Of a DNA stretch of 45,329 bases, positions 1 through 9,600 are shown piece after piece. Position 1 is the first letter of the stretch, and every line of letters starts with the position of its first letter. Source of the DNA: Eubacteriales bacterium (GTDB lineage: Bacteria; Bacillota; Clostridia; Oscillospirales; CAG-272); the NCBI GenBank assembly GCA_045121195.1, contig JBGVFO010000152.1, positions 1 through 45,329 on the forward strand, given 5' to 3'. The position numbers were made by a program, and so were the translations under genes. Under the pieces are notes generated by a model, which did no database searches, was not told where the DNA came from, and saw only the letters and a program-made list of their open reading frames with translations.

Positions 1-173
1 GAATCTCAAAAAATTCGCTAAAAGAAAGTGGAAGGATAACCATCCCTCCAACTTTTCTCCACTTCTTTCGTTTTTTGCTCATCTTTATACCAAAACGCCC
101 ATCTTCGCTTCTGCGTGATAGGCGTTTTTCGACAGACTGAAGCACCTGCGAGGCTTCGCAGGTGCTTGTTGTT

Positions 174-1937
174 TTATTTCTCCCTAAGCCTTTTGATCTC
201 CTCGGCGTCGGGGGTGACGTACGCCGTCCAGTTGGTGTGGTAGATCACGAAGCCGGGCTTTGCGGCGGGGGGCTTCTTCACGTTTTTGGCGAAGGTGTAA
301 TCCACCGCGATATTCTGTCCGCCAACGGCACGGGAATAGTAGGCGGCGATCTCGGCGGCTTGGGTAAAGTCGCGGGCGTCGGGCTCTTCGCCGTTACATA
401 CCATCACCACGTGGGAGCCGGGAACGTTCTTGGCGTGGAACCAATAGTCGGTCTTGGCGGCAAGCTTGTAGGTGATATACTCGTTCTGAATATTATTCTT
501 TCCGCAGAGCACGGTGTAGCCGCCGTCGGTCTTGAAGCGCGCCACGGTGGGCGCCGCCTGCTTGTGGGCGGTATAACCCTTCATACGGGAGGCGTAGCCT
601 GCGCGGTACAGCTCGTCGCGTATCTCCACAAGATCGGTGGGGGATTCGGCGTGCTCCAGGGAGGCGATGACCGAATTGATATAGGCAAGCTCGTCACGGG
701 CGATGGTAAGCTGCTTGGTCAGCTCGATCTTGGCGTTTTTGGACTTGTTGTATTTCTTGTATAGCCGCTGAGCGTTGGCGGCAGGGGAGAGCCGCTCGTC
801 AAGGGTGATGGTGACCTCGGCAAAGCTGCCGTCCTCCCTCATATCGGAATAATCCACCAGGGTGGCTTGCTTCATACCGCGCTTTAACTGATAGAGGTTA
901 GCGGTGATGAGGTCTCCCTCCTTTTTGTATTGCTCTCCGTTGGCGCACTCGGCAAGCTCGCCCTCTTGAAGCTCGATCTTCTTGACAAGACGGGCGTGGG
1001 CGTTTGCGAGAAGCTTCTGCACGTCGGACGCCCGTTGCTTGACCCGCACCTCACGGTCACGGCTTCCGAAGAAGGTGTCAAGAAGCTCGCCCGCGCTCTC
1101 GAACGACTTGTGGGTAAAGCCGCTTCCGTACTGGGTGAGGGCGCAGAAGGCGTATTCCACGGGACGCTCCCCCTCGGTGACGAGGGTAGGGAAATAGCGA
1201 TTTTCTCTGACGTGATCCACGATCTCGGAGAAGCTTTGCCAAAGCGCGTCTGCGGACGCGTCACCGCAGGGGGTATCGGTAGATCCCGTGGCACGGTAAG
1301 CGATCTCACGGGCAACCGACGCGGAAATGCCGAGATAGGTGGCAAGAAGCCACTTGTCGCATCCGCGCTCGACGGGAGCATCGGCAAGGCGCGCCGTGAA
1401 AGCCTCACGGGACTCCGTAAGGGGATCGTTCTTGTCCTGCTTGGGTGGCAGCTCGTACTTCATACCGGGCAACACCTGGCGCAGACTGCTGGTGGAGAAG
1501 TCCACGGTCTTTAAGGTGTTGATGACCCGCATATCGCCGTCGGCGAAGATCAGATTGCTGTATTTTCCCATCACCTCGGCGATGATATATTTTTTACATT
1601 CGTAGCCCATTTCGTCCCGCGTGTCAAAGCCAAGAATGGCAACGCGCTCAAAGCCAGCCTGCTCCACGGAGGAAAGCTTGGCGCCCGAAAGATGCTTGCG
1701 AAGAAGCATACAGAGCATAGGGGGATTCTGGGGATTCTCCTTTTGTTCGGTGGAGAAGCCGATACGGGGATTGTTAGCGCCCGCGTTGATGAGAATACGC
1801 CGTCCGCCGCTTCGGGAACGGATCTGAAGCACGATCTCGTCGCGCTCGGGCTGATAGACCTTTTCCACGCGCGCGCCGAGGGATTCCTCCCGAAGCTCGT
1901 GCAGAGCGCACGCGAGCATACCTGCGTCAAATGCCAT
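174..1937 (-). CDS. rqcH: RqcH/FbpA-type NFACT-family ribosome quality-control protein
   Basis: From ORF 174..2132. The N-terminus MAFDAGMLACALHELREE, GKYSNLIFAD and the C-terminal DYWFHAKNVPGSHVV block are typical of the FbpA/DUF814 architecture. I moved the start to the ATG at 1937, because the 65 upstream codons are Arg/Cys/Trp-rich read-through into the neighbouring gene. Confidence 0.85.
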   Translation of the reverse strand: MAFDAGMLACALHELREESLGARVEKVYQPERDEIVLQIRSRSGGRRILINAGANNPRIGFSTEQKENPQNPPMLCMLLRKHLSGAKLSSVEQAGFERVAILGFDTRDEMGYECKKYIIAEVMGKYSNLIFADGDMRVINTLKTVDFSTSSLRQVLPGMKYELPPKQDKNDPLTESREAFTARLADAPVERGCDKWLLATYLGISASVAREIAYRATGSTDTPCGDASADALWQSFSEIVDHVRENRYFPTLVTEGERPVEYAFCALTQYGSGFTHKSFESAGELLDTFFGSRDREVRVKQRASDVQKLLANAHARLVKKIELQEGELAECANGEQYKKEGDLITANLYQLKRGMKQATLVDYSDMREDGSFAEVTITLDERLSPAANAQRLYKKYNKSKNAKIELTKQLTIARDELAYINSVIASLEHAESPTDLVEIRDELYRAGYASRMKGYTAHKQAAPTVARFKTDGGYTVLCGKNNIQNEYITYKLAAKTDYWFHAKNVPGSHVVMVCNGEEPDARDFTQAAEIAAYYSRAVGGQNIAVDYTFAKNVKKPPAAKPGFVIYHTNWTAYVTPDAEEIKRLREK

Positions 1938-2763
1938 AGAAACCTCCGAACATTGCCTTGTCCACCTCGGAAAGAGAGGGGAACACGTAGTCAGGGCGGT
2001 CACAAGCATCGGCGGCTTCCACGTCCGCCTCGGTGGTCTCGCCCGACAGCACCAGCACCGAGCAAACACCGTGTCGGCGACCGAGGGCGATGTCGGTATA
2101 CAGGCGGTCACCGAAGATGCACATTTCCCCACGGTCTACGCCCGTTGCCTCCTCGATCATCTGCACCGTTTCGGCGTAGGGCTTGCCGAAATAGGTAGGC
2201 GCCTTGCCCGTGGACGCCGTAACGAAGGCGGCAATGGCGCCGCTGTCGGGGATAAAGCCGTCCTCGGTGGGGCAGTTGAAGTCGGGATGGGTGGAAAGAT
2301 ATTCCGCGCCGTTTCTGATAAAGCGGCAGGCGTTGTCAAGTTTTTCGTAGGTAAGGGAGGTGTCAAAGCTGGTGACCACGATGTCACAGGTCTTACCCGC
2401 GCCGTCCGAGAGAGGAATGCCGCGGCTCTTGAAATTTTCCACAAGCTCGTCGGTACCCACGAGATAGACCTGCTTGCCCGCGCGGTGACGAAGCAGAAAC
2501 TCCGCCGTTACGTCCCCCGAGGTCATAATTTCAGAGGAGGAGGGAGAGAAGCCGAGACGGGTCAGCTTTTCCAAATAAAACTCGGTGGTATGAGAAGCGT
2601 TATTGGTGAAAAACAGAACGCGGCGCCCGCTTTTGCGAAGATTTTCAATAAAGCGAACGGCAAAATCAAAGACGCGGCCGCCCAGATAAATGGTGCCGTC
2701 CATGTCAAAAATATACAGCTTTTTATCGGCGAGAGCGCCGATTTCCTTGCGATTGGCGGTCAT
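1927..2763 (-). CDS. HAD-superfamily subfamily IIA hydrolase (NagD-like sugar phosphatase)
   Basis: From ORF 1927..2793. HAD motifs are present: FDMDGTIY (motif I), FFTNNAS, GKP and FGDRLYTDI (motif IV). I prefer the start at ATG 2763 (MTANRK), which has AAGGA 8 nt upstream. ATG 2793 is an alternative. The gene overlaps the rqcH start by 11 nt. Confidence 0.85.
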   Translation of the reverse strand: MTANRKEIGALADKKLYIFDMDGTIYLGGRVFDFAVRFIENLRKSGRRVLFFTNNASHTTEFYLEKLTRLGFSPSSSEIMTSGDVTAEFLLRHRAGKQVYLVGTDELVENFKSRGIPLSDGAGKTCDIVVTSFDTSLTYEKLDNACRFIRNGAEYLSTHPDFNCPTEDGFIPDSGAIAAFVTASTGKAPTYFGKPYAETVQMIEEATGVDRGEMCIFGDRLYTDIALGRRHGVCSVLVLSGETTEADVEAADACDRPDYVFPSLSEVDKAMFGGFYGI

Positions 2764-2810
2764 GGGATCCGTCCTTTCCAAAAATAAATCCATTTCATTA
2801 TAACACCTTC

Positions 2811-2839
2811 TTGATTTTTTTGCAAGATAGTGCTATAAT
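2811..2839 (+). promoter_or_regulatory. sigma-A-type promoter upstream of coaW
   Basis: TTGATT (2811-2816), a 17-nt spacer, then TATAAT (2834-2839). It lies 35 nt upstream of the ATG at 2874. Confidence 0.55.
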
Positions 2840-2873
2840 GATAAGAGAAAATTTTTTGTGAGGATGAAACGGT

Positions 2874-3725
2874 ATGAAAACGGTTATCGGAATCGACGTG
2901 GGAGGTACCACGACAAAGATCGTCGGCTTTCAGAAAAAGAATGGAGCGCTGACCCTTATCGAGCCGCAGTTTGTGCGCGCCAATGACCCCGTGACCTCAG
3001 CGTACGGTGCCTTTGGAAAATTCACTCTTCAGAACGGGCTTGCCCTTTCCGACGTGGACTGCGTCATGATGACGGGCGCGGGCTCTTCCTTTATCGACAA
3101 GCCCATTTACTCGGTGAATTGTCGCGCGGTGACGGAGTTCTCCTGCATCGGTCGCGGCGGTCTGTATCTGTCGGGACTTGACGAGGCGGTGGTTGTCAGC
3201 ATGGGAACGGGAACGGCTCTCGTTCACGCCAAGCGGGAAGGGAACGACATCAAAACCGAATACCTCGGCGGTACGGGCGTGGGCGGCGGCACCCTTGTGG
3301 GACTGACGCGGAAGATCCTCGGCGTGGATACCGTCGATCACATCGAGCAGCTTTGCGAGGGCGGCAATCTTGAAAACGTAGACCTTCGCATCAAGGATAT
3401 CTCAAAGCACAACAACTATAACGGTGTCAACCAAGAGCTGACGGCGGCAAATTTCGGTAAGCTCAGCGACATCGCTACTAAGAACGATATTGCTATGGGA
3501 ATTACCAATATGGTTGCTGAAACCATCGGAATGATGGCAATTTTTGCGGCGCGGAACTTCGGACTTCGCGATATCGTGCTGACGGGCAACCTCAGCTCGG
3601 TGGCGCCGATCAGAGAGCGACTGCTGGCGCTGAACGAAAGCTTTGGCGTCAACTTTATGATCCCCGAGAACGCCCAGTTTGCCACGGTCATCGGTGCGGC
3701 GCTTCACAACGTCGAAAGTCTGTGA
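2874..3725 (+). CDS. coaW: Type II pantothenate kinase
   Basis: 283 aa. ASKHA-fold phosphate motifs GIDVGGTTTKIVG and GGTGVGGGTLVGL are present, and overall it resembles the Staphylococcus-type CoaW family. Confidence 0.8.
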   Translation: MKTVIGIDVGGTTTKIVGFQKKNGALTLIEPQFVRANDPVTSAYGAFGKFTLQNGLALSDVDCVMMTGAGSSFIDKPIYSVNCRAVTEFSCIGRGGLYLSGLDEAVVVSMGTGTALVHAKREGNDIKTEYLGGTGVGGGTLVGLTRKILGVDTVDHIEQLCEGGNLENVDLRIKDISKHNNYNGVNQELTAANFGKLSDIATKNDIAMGITNMVAETIGMMAIFAARNFGLRDIVLTGNLSSVAPIRERLLALNESFGVNFMIPENAQFATVIGAALHNVESL

Positions 3726-3741
3726 AAATCCGCGAAACCTA

Positions 3742-3770
3742 TTGACACAAGGCACGCCGAGTGTTATACT
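3742..3770 (+). promoter_or_regulatory. sigma-A-type promoter upstream of alaS
   Basis: TTGACA (3742-3747), a 17-nt spacer, then TATACT (3765-3770). Confidence 0.6.
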
Positions 3771-3811
3771 AACAGTTGTGTTTATTGATTTGAAAGGTAA
3801 GGAATTGTATT

Positions 3812-6442
3812 ATGAAATGGACATCCCTCAACGAGCTGAGAGAAAAATATCTTTCCTTTTTTGAGAGCAAGGGGCACCTTCGTCTGCCCTCGTTCCCCCT
3901 GGTACCTCAGGGCGACAAGTCGTTGCTTCTCATCAACTCGGGCATGGCGCCCATGAAAAAGTTTTTCACGGGTGAGGTAGAGCCTCCCCGTAGCCGCGTT
4001 ACCACCTGCCAGAAGTGTATCCGTACCCCCGACCTTGACCGCGTAGGTCTTACGGCGCGTCACGGCACCTTCTTCGAGATGCTGGGTAACTTCTCCTTCG
4101 GTGATTACTTCAAGAAAGAGGCGATCCCGTGGGCGTGGGAGTTCCTTACGGTAACCCTTGAGATTCCCGAGAATCTCCTTTGGCCCTCGGTTTACGAGGA
4201 GGACGACGAGGCGTACGCCATCTGGCGCGACGTCATCGGTGTGCCCGAGGAGCATATCGTAAAGCTCGGCAAAGCAGATAACTTCTGGGAGCACGGCACC
4301 GGTCCCTGCGGACCCTGCTCCGAGATCTACTTCGACCGCGGTGAAAAGTACGGCTGCGGATCTCCTGACTGTAAGCCCGGCTGTGAGTGCGACCGCTACA
4401 TGGAGATCTGGAATAACGTATTCTCCCAGTTCAACAATATGGGCGACGGTACCTATACCGAGCTCGTGCAGAAGAATATTGATACCGGTATGGGTCTTGA
4501 GCGTCTGGCGTGCGTCATGCAGGGCGTTGACAATATGTTCGAGGTGGATACCATCCGCAAGGTCATTGATACCGTTTGCGCGATTGCCGAAAAGAAGTAC
4601 GGCGACGACTCCAAGAACGACGTTTCTATCCGCGTGATCACCGACCACGTTCGTAGCGCCATGTTCATGATCTCGGACGGCGTTATCCCCTCCAACGAGG
4701 GACGCGGCTACGTGCTTCGCCGTATCATCCGCCGCGCTTGCCGTCACGGTAAGCTGCTCGGCATCAACCACGCCTTCCTTGTGGACGTAGTTGAGGTTGC
4801 CATCGGCGAAAGCTGCTCCGCCTACCCCGAGCTGTCCGAAAAGGCAGACTATATCAAGAAGGTCCTTTCCATGGAGGAGGAGCGCTTTGACGCTACCATC
4901 GACGCGGGACTTTCTATTCTGTCCGACCTGATCCGCGGCGCTATCGCAGAGAACGCCGATACCATTTCGGGCGAGGAGGTATTCAAGCTTTACGATACCT
5001 TCGGCTTCCCCATTGACCTGACCCGTGAGATCGCGGCAGAGAGCCATCTTGCCATTGATGAGGATACCTTCAATACCCTCATGAAGCAGCAGAAGACCCG
5101 TGCCCGCGAGGCGCGTGCCAATATCAGCGGCTGGAGCGAGTCCTCCAAGAGCCTGCTTGCCGATCTTCCTACCACCGAGTTCACCGGTTACGCCGACTAT
5201 CGCACCGAGGCAAAGATCATTGCCATCCTTGCGGAGGACGCATCCGTGGATTCCATCTCCGAGGGACAGTGCACCATCGTCCTTGACCGCACTCCCTTCT
5301 ACGGAGAGGGCGGCGGACAGGTAGGTGATAGCGGTACTATGTATGCCGACGGTAAGCTTCTTACCGTGTACGATACCAAGAAGACCGACGGCGTGTATCT
5401 CCACCTGTGTACCGTAGCAGACGGTACCTTCTCGGTAGGGGATACCGTTATGGCGGATATTTCCGATTCCCGCCGCCGTGCCATCGCCCGTAACCACTCG
5501 GCAGCCCACCTGCTTCAGGCGGCGCTCCGCAAGGTTCTCGGCGATCACGTAGAGCAGGCAGGATCCTACGTAAACGAAAGCGTTTGCCGCTTTGACTTCA
5601 CCCACTTTGCCGCAATGACCGATAAGGAGCTGGCGGCGGTGGAAGCCCTTGTCAATGCTAACATTCTGGTTGCCAATCCCATCACCACGATGGAGACCGA
5701 CCTTGAAACTGCCAAGAAGAACGGCGCAATGGCTCTGTTCGGCGAAAAGTACGGCAAGACGGTCAGAATGGTCAAGATGAGCGACTTCTCCACCGAGCTT
5801 TGCGGCGGTACCCACTGCGCAAATACGGGCGAGATCGGTCTTTTCAAGATCGTTTCCGAGTCCTCGGTTGCCGCGGGCGTTCGTCGTATCGAGGCAGTAA
5901 CGGGACACGGCGTGCTGGCTCTGCTGGCAGAGAAGGACGCGCTCCTTCGCGAGACCGCCCAGAAGCTGAAGGCGCAGAACGTGAGCGACATTCCCATGCG
6001 CGCCGCGCAGCTTCAGGATGAGCTGAAGAGCGCCAAGCACGAGGTCGAGGCACTTTCCGCAAAGCTGGCTTCCTCCAAGCTTGACGATATTATTGGCAAC
6101 GCCGTAAGCGTAGGTAAGGTAAGACTTGCCACCGCAAGCTTCGAGGGTATGCAGATCGACGTGGCAAGAAGCCTTGCCGACGAGATCAAGGGCAACTATG
6201 CCGATATGGTAGCGCTTATCGCCATCCATACCGACGGCAAGCTGAACTTTATTGCCGTTGCGGGCAAGGATGCCGTAGCCGCAGGCGCACACGCAGGTAA
6301 GCTTGTAGGTGCCGTTGCCGCCATCACGGGCGGTAAGGGTGGCGGACGTCCCGATAACGCTATGGCGGGCGGACGCGATGCCGACAAGATCGCAGAGGCA
6401 CTGGCAAGTGCCGAAGCAACCCTTGGCGGAATGCTTAAGTAA
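3812..6442 (+). CDS. alaS: Alanine--tRNA ligase
   Basis: 876 aa. Canonical AlaRS blocks are present: LREKYLSFFESKGH, FEMLGNFSFGDYFK, WNNVFSQFN, the editing-domain HSAAHLL and CGGTHC, and a C-terminal DHHA1-like GGGRPD. Confidence 0.97.
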   Translation: MKWTSLNELREKYLSFFESKGHLRLPSFPLVPQGDKSLLLINSGMAPMKKFFTGEVEPPRSRVTTCQKCIRTPDLDRVGLTARHGTFFEMLGNFSFGDYFKKEAIPWAWEFLTVTLEIPENLLWPSVYEEDDEAYAIWRDVIGVPEEHIVKLGKADNFWEHGTGPCGPCSEIYFDRGEKYGCGSPDCKPGCECDRYMEIWNNVFSQFNNMGDGTYTELVQKNIDTGMGLERLACVMQGVDNMFEVDTIRKVIDTVCAIAEKKYGDDSKNDVSIRVITDHVRSAMFMISDGVIPSNEGRGYVLRRIIRRACRHGKLLGINHAFLVDVVEVAIGESCSAYPELSEKADYIKKVLSMEEERFDATIDAGLSILSDLIRGAIAENADTISGEEVFKLYDTFGFPIDLTREIAAESHLAIDEDTFNTLMKQQKTRAREARANISGWSESSKSLLADLPTTEFTGYADYRTEAKIIAILAEDASVDSISEGQCTIVLDRTPFYGEGGGQVGDSGTMYADGKLLTVYDTKKTDGVYLHLCTVADGTFSVGDTVMADISDSRRRAIARNHSAAHLLQAALRKVLGDHVEQAGSYVNESVCRFDFTHFAAMTDKELAAVEALVNANILVANPITTMETDLETAKKNGAMALFGEKYGKTVRMVKMSDFSTELCGGTHCANTGEIGLFKIVSESSVAAGVRRIEAVTGHGVLALLAEKDALLRETAQKLKAQNVSDIPMRAAQLQDELKSAKHEVEALSAKLASSKLDDIIGNAVSVGKVRLATASFEGMQIDVARSLADEIKGNYADMVALIAIHTDGKLNFIAVAGKDAVAAGAHAGKLVGAVAAITGGKGGGRPDNAMAGGRDADKIAEALASAEATLGGMLK

Positions 6443-6453
6443 ATGAATACTAT

Positions 6454-6487
6454 GCCCCCACGGACAGCGGTCCGTGGGGGCTTTTTC
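6454..6487 (+). terminator. Rho-independent terminator of alaS
   Basis: An 11-bp stem, CCCCCACGGAC / GTCCGTGGGGG, with a 4-nt loop, followed by CTTTTTCTT. Confidence 0.85.
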
Positions 6488-6633
6488 TTCGATTTGTTGC
6501 TTGTGAACAAATTTGATGGTGATTCTTGTGCGAAATTGTACAAATAGGTGCTTGCGATGTAAAAAACAACCATTTTCAGTTGTCTAAAAACGGAATTATA
6601 ACCACGGAAAAATTCCAAAGAGAGGAAAGTGCG

Positions 6634-6642
6634 TGGTATAAT
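6634..6642 (+). promoter_or_regulatory. Extended -10 promoter element for the giant gene
   Basis: TGgTATAAT at 6634-6642. The -35 is weak (TTCCAA at 6613-6618). The AGGAGG RBS is at 6663-6668. Confidence 0.45.
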
Positions 6643-6676
6643 TAATCTGTATTTTTATATACAGGAGGAACCAATT

Positions 6677-9600
6677 ATGAGAAAGTTTAGGCTTTCTTCC
6701 GTGCTTGCGATGCTGTTATCGGCGCTTTTGCTGATTACCTCGCTTCCGATGGCGGCGTTTGCCGTAACGCCCTCGATCGGAATCGGCGCAGGCACCCCCA
6801 ACTATGACAAGTTCCGCGGAAACGGTATGACCGCCGACGCGAACGGTGTCATGGTTTATGACGATCTGGCCGCCTACAAGAAGACGAGCCAAAAGGACAT
6901 GGCGCTTACTGTCAGCTACGAGACGAAAGCGGGAAATGCTACCAACTCCGGTACCACTACCTCTGTCGCTACGTATGACGAGTGCTCTGTTCTGTACGCA
7001 GATTACGCCATCTACTACGACGATACCATCGAGGGGAACACCGTAAAGATCCGTTACGGTCTTTCTATGATGGATAGCGTGCAGTATGTGGATAAGGACG
7101 GCGTTATCACCGAGGGCAAGTCCCCCATCCAGCTTTCCGCAAGCTACAAGAATGATGCCAACCCCGACTGGAACGCAGGCTACGGCATGGTTGATGAAGA
7201 CGGTGACGAAAAGGTTGATTACACCACCCGTCATTATGAGGAGAAGGCGATCCTTTTCTACATTATTAACCATACCTCCTACGAGCGGATCGGTCAGGAG
7301 GATGACGTTTCCATTCTTCAGGACTACATCGATCAGGGCTACGTGATCGTGACCCTTGATTTCAAGAGTCACGCAAACGCTACCAGCCCCTACATTGAGC
7401 AGGCACTGGTTTCGGCACAGTCGATGTTCAAGTCCTGCGCGGCAGGCACCGTTCTCGGAAATCTTGGTGTAACCACCAGCGCGCAGTACATTTACTGCCT
7501 GCCCGAGGGATGCCGTATCGAGCGTGACGTTTGGTTCTGGGACTCCTCCATTTGGGGCGCCAAGGGTACCATGGACGCTTACCGCAATAAGTGGAATCAA
7601 AAGATTTCCCGCGATTCTACGTACACACTGGACGACGGTACTCAGCCCACTTTCCTTGACACAGAGATCGGTAACCTTCAGACGGTTGAAGACATGATCG
7701 CTAAGGTCGGTCAGTACGTGAACAAGGAGGGATATTCCGATGAGAATAACGGCAAGCCCATCGAATATAAGCTTTCCATGAACATCATTTACCCCTCCCA
7801 GCCCAAGGCGGACTACGAGGTCCCCGTCTACGTGCAGGAGGGAACAGGCTACACCCGTGAGGACGGTATCGGTACCGAATATAAGCGCGGTACCTTCAAC
7901 GCCTTTGCTCTCAACGGTTACGCCTGCGTACAGTACGACCACGATTACTGGCCCTTCCTTTACAGATGGGGCTATCAGTTCTACAACAGTGGTTCGGACT
8001 ATACCCTTGGTGTTAACCTGCCCAGAAACGCTCAAGCCGCTATGCGTTGTGTGCGTTCTCTTGCCGATGAGCTTGGCTACAGCAGCCGGTATCTCGGTGC
8101 CGCAGGTATCTCCAAGGCAACCGTTGGTATGTCCGCACTTGCTATCCAGAATAACGAGAACTATCCTCATAGCACCGTTTCCTACAAGGATGTCCTGAAT
8201 AACGATAAGACGGTAAGCTATACAGAGGGTGGTTTTGAAGGGGATCTTCGCGACGAAAAGGGAACGGTTACTCACACCATCCTTCAGCCCTTCTCCTACT
8301 ACGATGACGAGCACACCGAAAAGATCAGCTCCGATTCTTGCGTGACCTACATCTCCTCGGGTCAGGGTTACGAAAGACTGTTCGGTATCGGAAGAGTTGC
8401 TTCTTACCCGAAGGTTCCGCTTCTTGTTTCGGGAGGTCTTCGTGATAACTACAACTGCTACAATTACTGGGATGAGTCAGTAGAATGGTTTGAGGATAAC
8501 CTCACCGGTCCCTGGCTTCCTCTCACCCAGCTTGACCAGGGTCACGCCTACCCCGTAGGTGATGATACCCAGTTCGGCTACAACCGCGGCAACGCTATGA
8601 TCAGGTACTTCGACGTGTTCCTGAAGCCCGATGCGAACCGCGCTCCCGAGGTGCTTTGGGCCACCCCCTTTAACGGCGCCTCCGACGTCGCCTGCTCCAC
8701 CAAGTGGACGGTCGGTCCCTTCACACCTTACGGCGCGGCTAACTGGGCACCGGATTCCTACTACTATCCTCAGGCGATCCAGATCCGCTTCCTTGATGCG
8801 GTGGATCCCGACTCGGTCAACAGCGGCGTAACCGTTACCGTAACCGAAACGGGCGCCAAGGTGGACGGTACTTGGGTAGCAAGTCAGAACGACGCCCTCT
8901 ATACCTTTGAGTGCGATGCTCTTACTCCCGGTACCCGTTATACCATTGACATTACCTCGGGCGTCGAGGGCAAGAACGGCGTAGCCCTTGCCGAGACGAG
9001 AAAGATCGGCTTCAAGACCGAGGGCACCTACGCGCTCTCTCCCGTTGCCGATGCTTACGTTTCCTCCAACGAGCCCAATAAGGTGTTCGGAAGCGCAAAC
9101 AAGCTTCAGGTAAGCAACGCTTACACCACCCTTGTCAGCTACGATACCGAGCATATTCTTGACGCGAATAAGATCCAGCTCAAGGCAAACGGCTCGGTTG
9201 AGGATACGGTAAACGTTGAGATCTTCGCTCTTGCCGACTATAAGGTAGACGAAGCGACCCTTACCTATAATACCTTGACTGCATCCACCGCGTGGGCAAA
9301 CAAGATTTCCCTTGGTAAGTACAGCCTGGTTGACGGCAATATTTCTATTGACCTTTCTGCACTTTCTGCAGTAGAGGGACTTGGCAAGACCGTCACCCTT
9401 GCCGTTGTTTCTACCGACAAGACGGTTAGCGAGAAGCCTTATGTCTTTACCAACGACTTCGAAACTCCTGCCGCTAATACGGCACTGACGAAGGAGATCA
9501 CGAATGAGGACGAAACTACCAGCACGATCACCATCGTTAGATCGGACGGTACGGTGATCCGTGATACGGATGCCAGCGTTGGTAGAGTATACTCCGATTA

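Noticed and set aside
1-82. A possible 5' end of a minus-strand gene running off the left edge, starting at ATG 82 (MSKKRKKWRKVGGMVILPLSFSEFFEI...).
   Set aside because: Only 27 codons are visible, the RBS is weak and no family signal can be seen. There is not enough evidence to call it a feature.
93-171. Two hairpins downstream of rqcH: AACGCC/GGCGTT at about 95-128 and AAGCACCTGCGA/TCGCAGGTGCTT at 140-171.
   Set aside because: They are probably terminators. Assigning strand and gene is ambiguous at the window edge. The stronger hairpin has no T-run on the rqcH strand, so I did not list them as features.
1938-2132. N-terminal extensions suggested by the ORF track for rqcH (to 2132). The same applies to murE (to 24616), ylbJ (to 41887), the membrane protein (from 37511), the lipoprotein (from 36454) and the giant gene (from 6629).
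   Set aside because: The extensions have aberrant composition, overlap neighbouring genes or promoters, and lack an RBS. In each case an internal ATG with a good Shine-Dalgarno begins the conserved family N-terminus or the signal peptide.
3726-3811. A possible T-box leader upstream of alaS.
   Set aside because: Only 86 nt separate coaW from alaS. That space is filled by a promoter and an RBS, with no T-box sequence and no terminator or antiterminator.
3782-6292. An 836-aa ORF on the minus strand, antisense to alaS.
   Set aside because: It lies entirely within and opposite a textbook AlaRS gene. The product is low-complexity (Gly/Ala/Leu/Val/Arg-rich) with no recognisable motif. This is a typical shadow ORF of GC-rich, codon-biased DNA.
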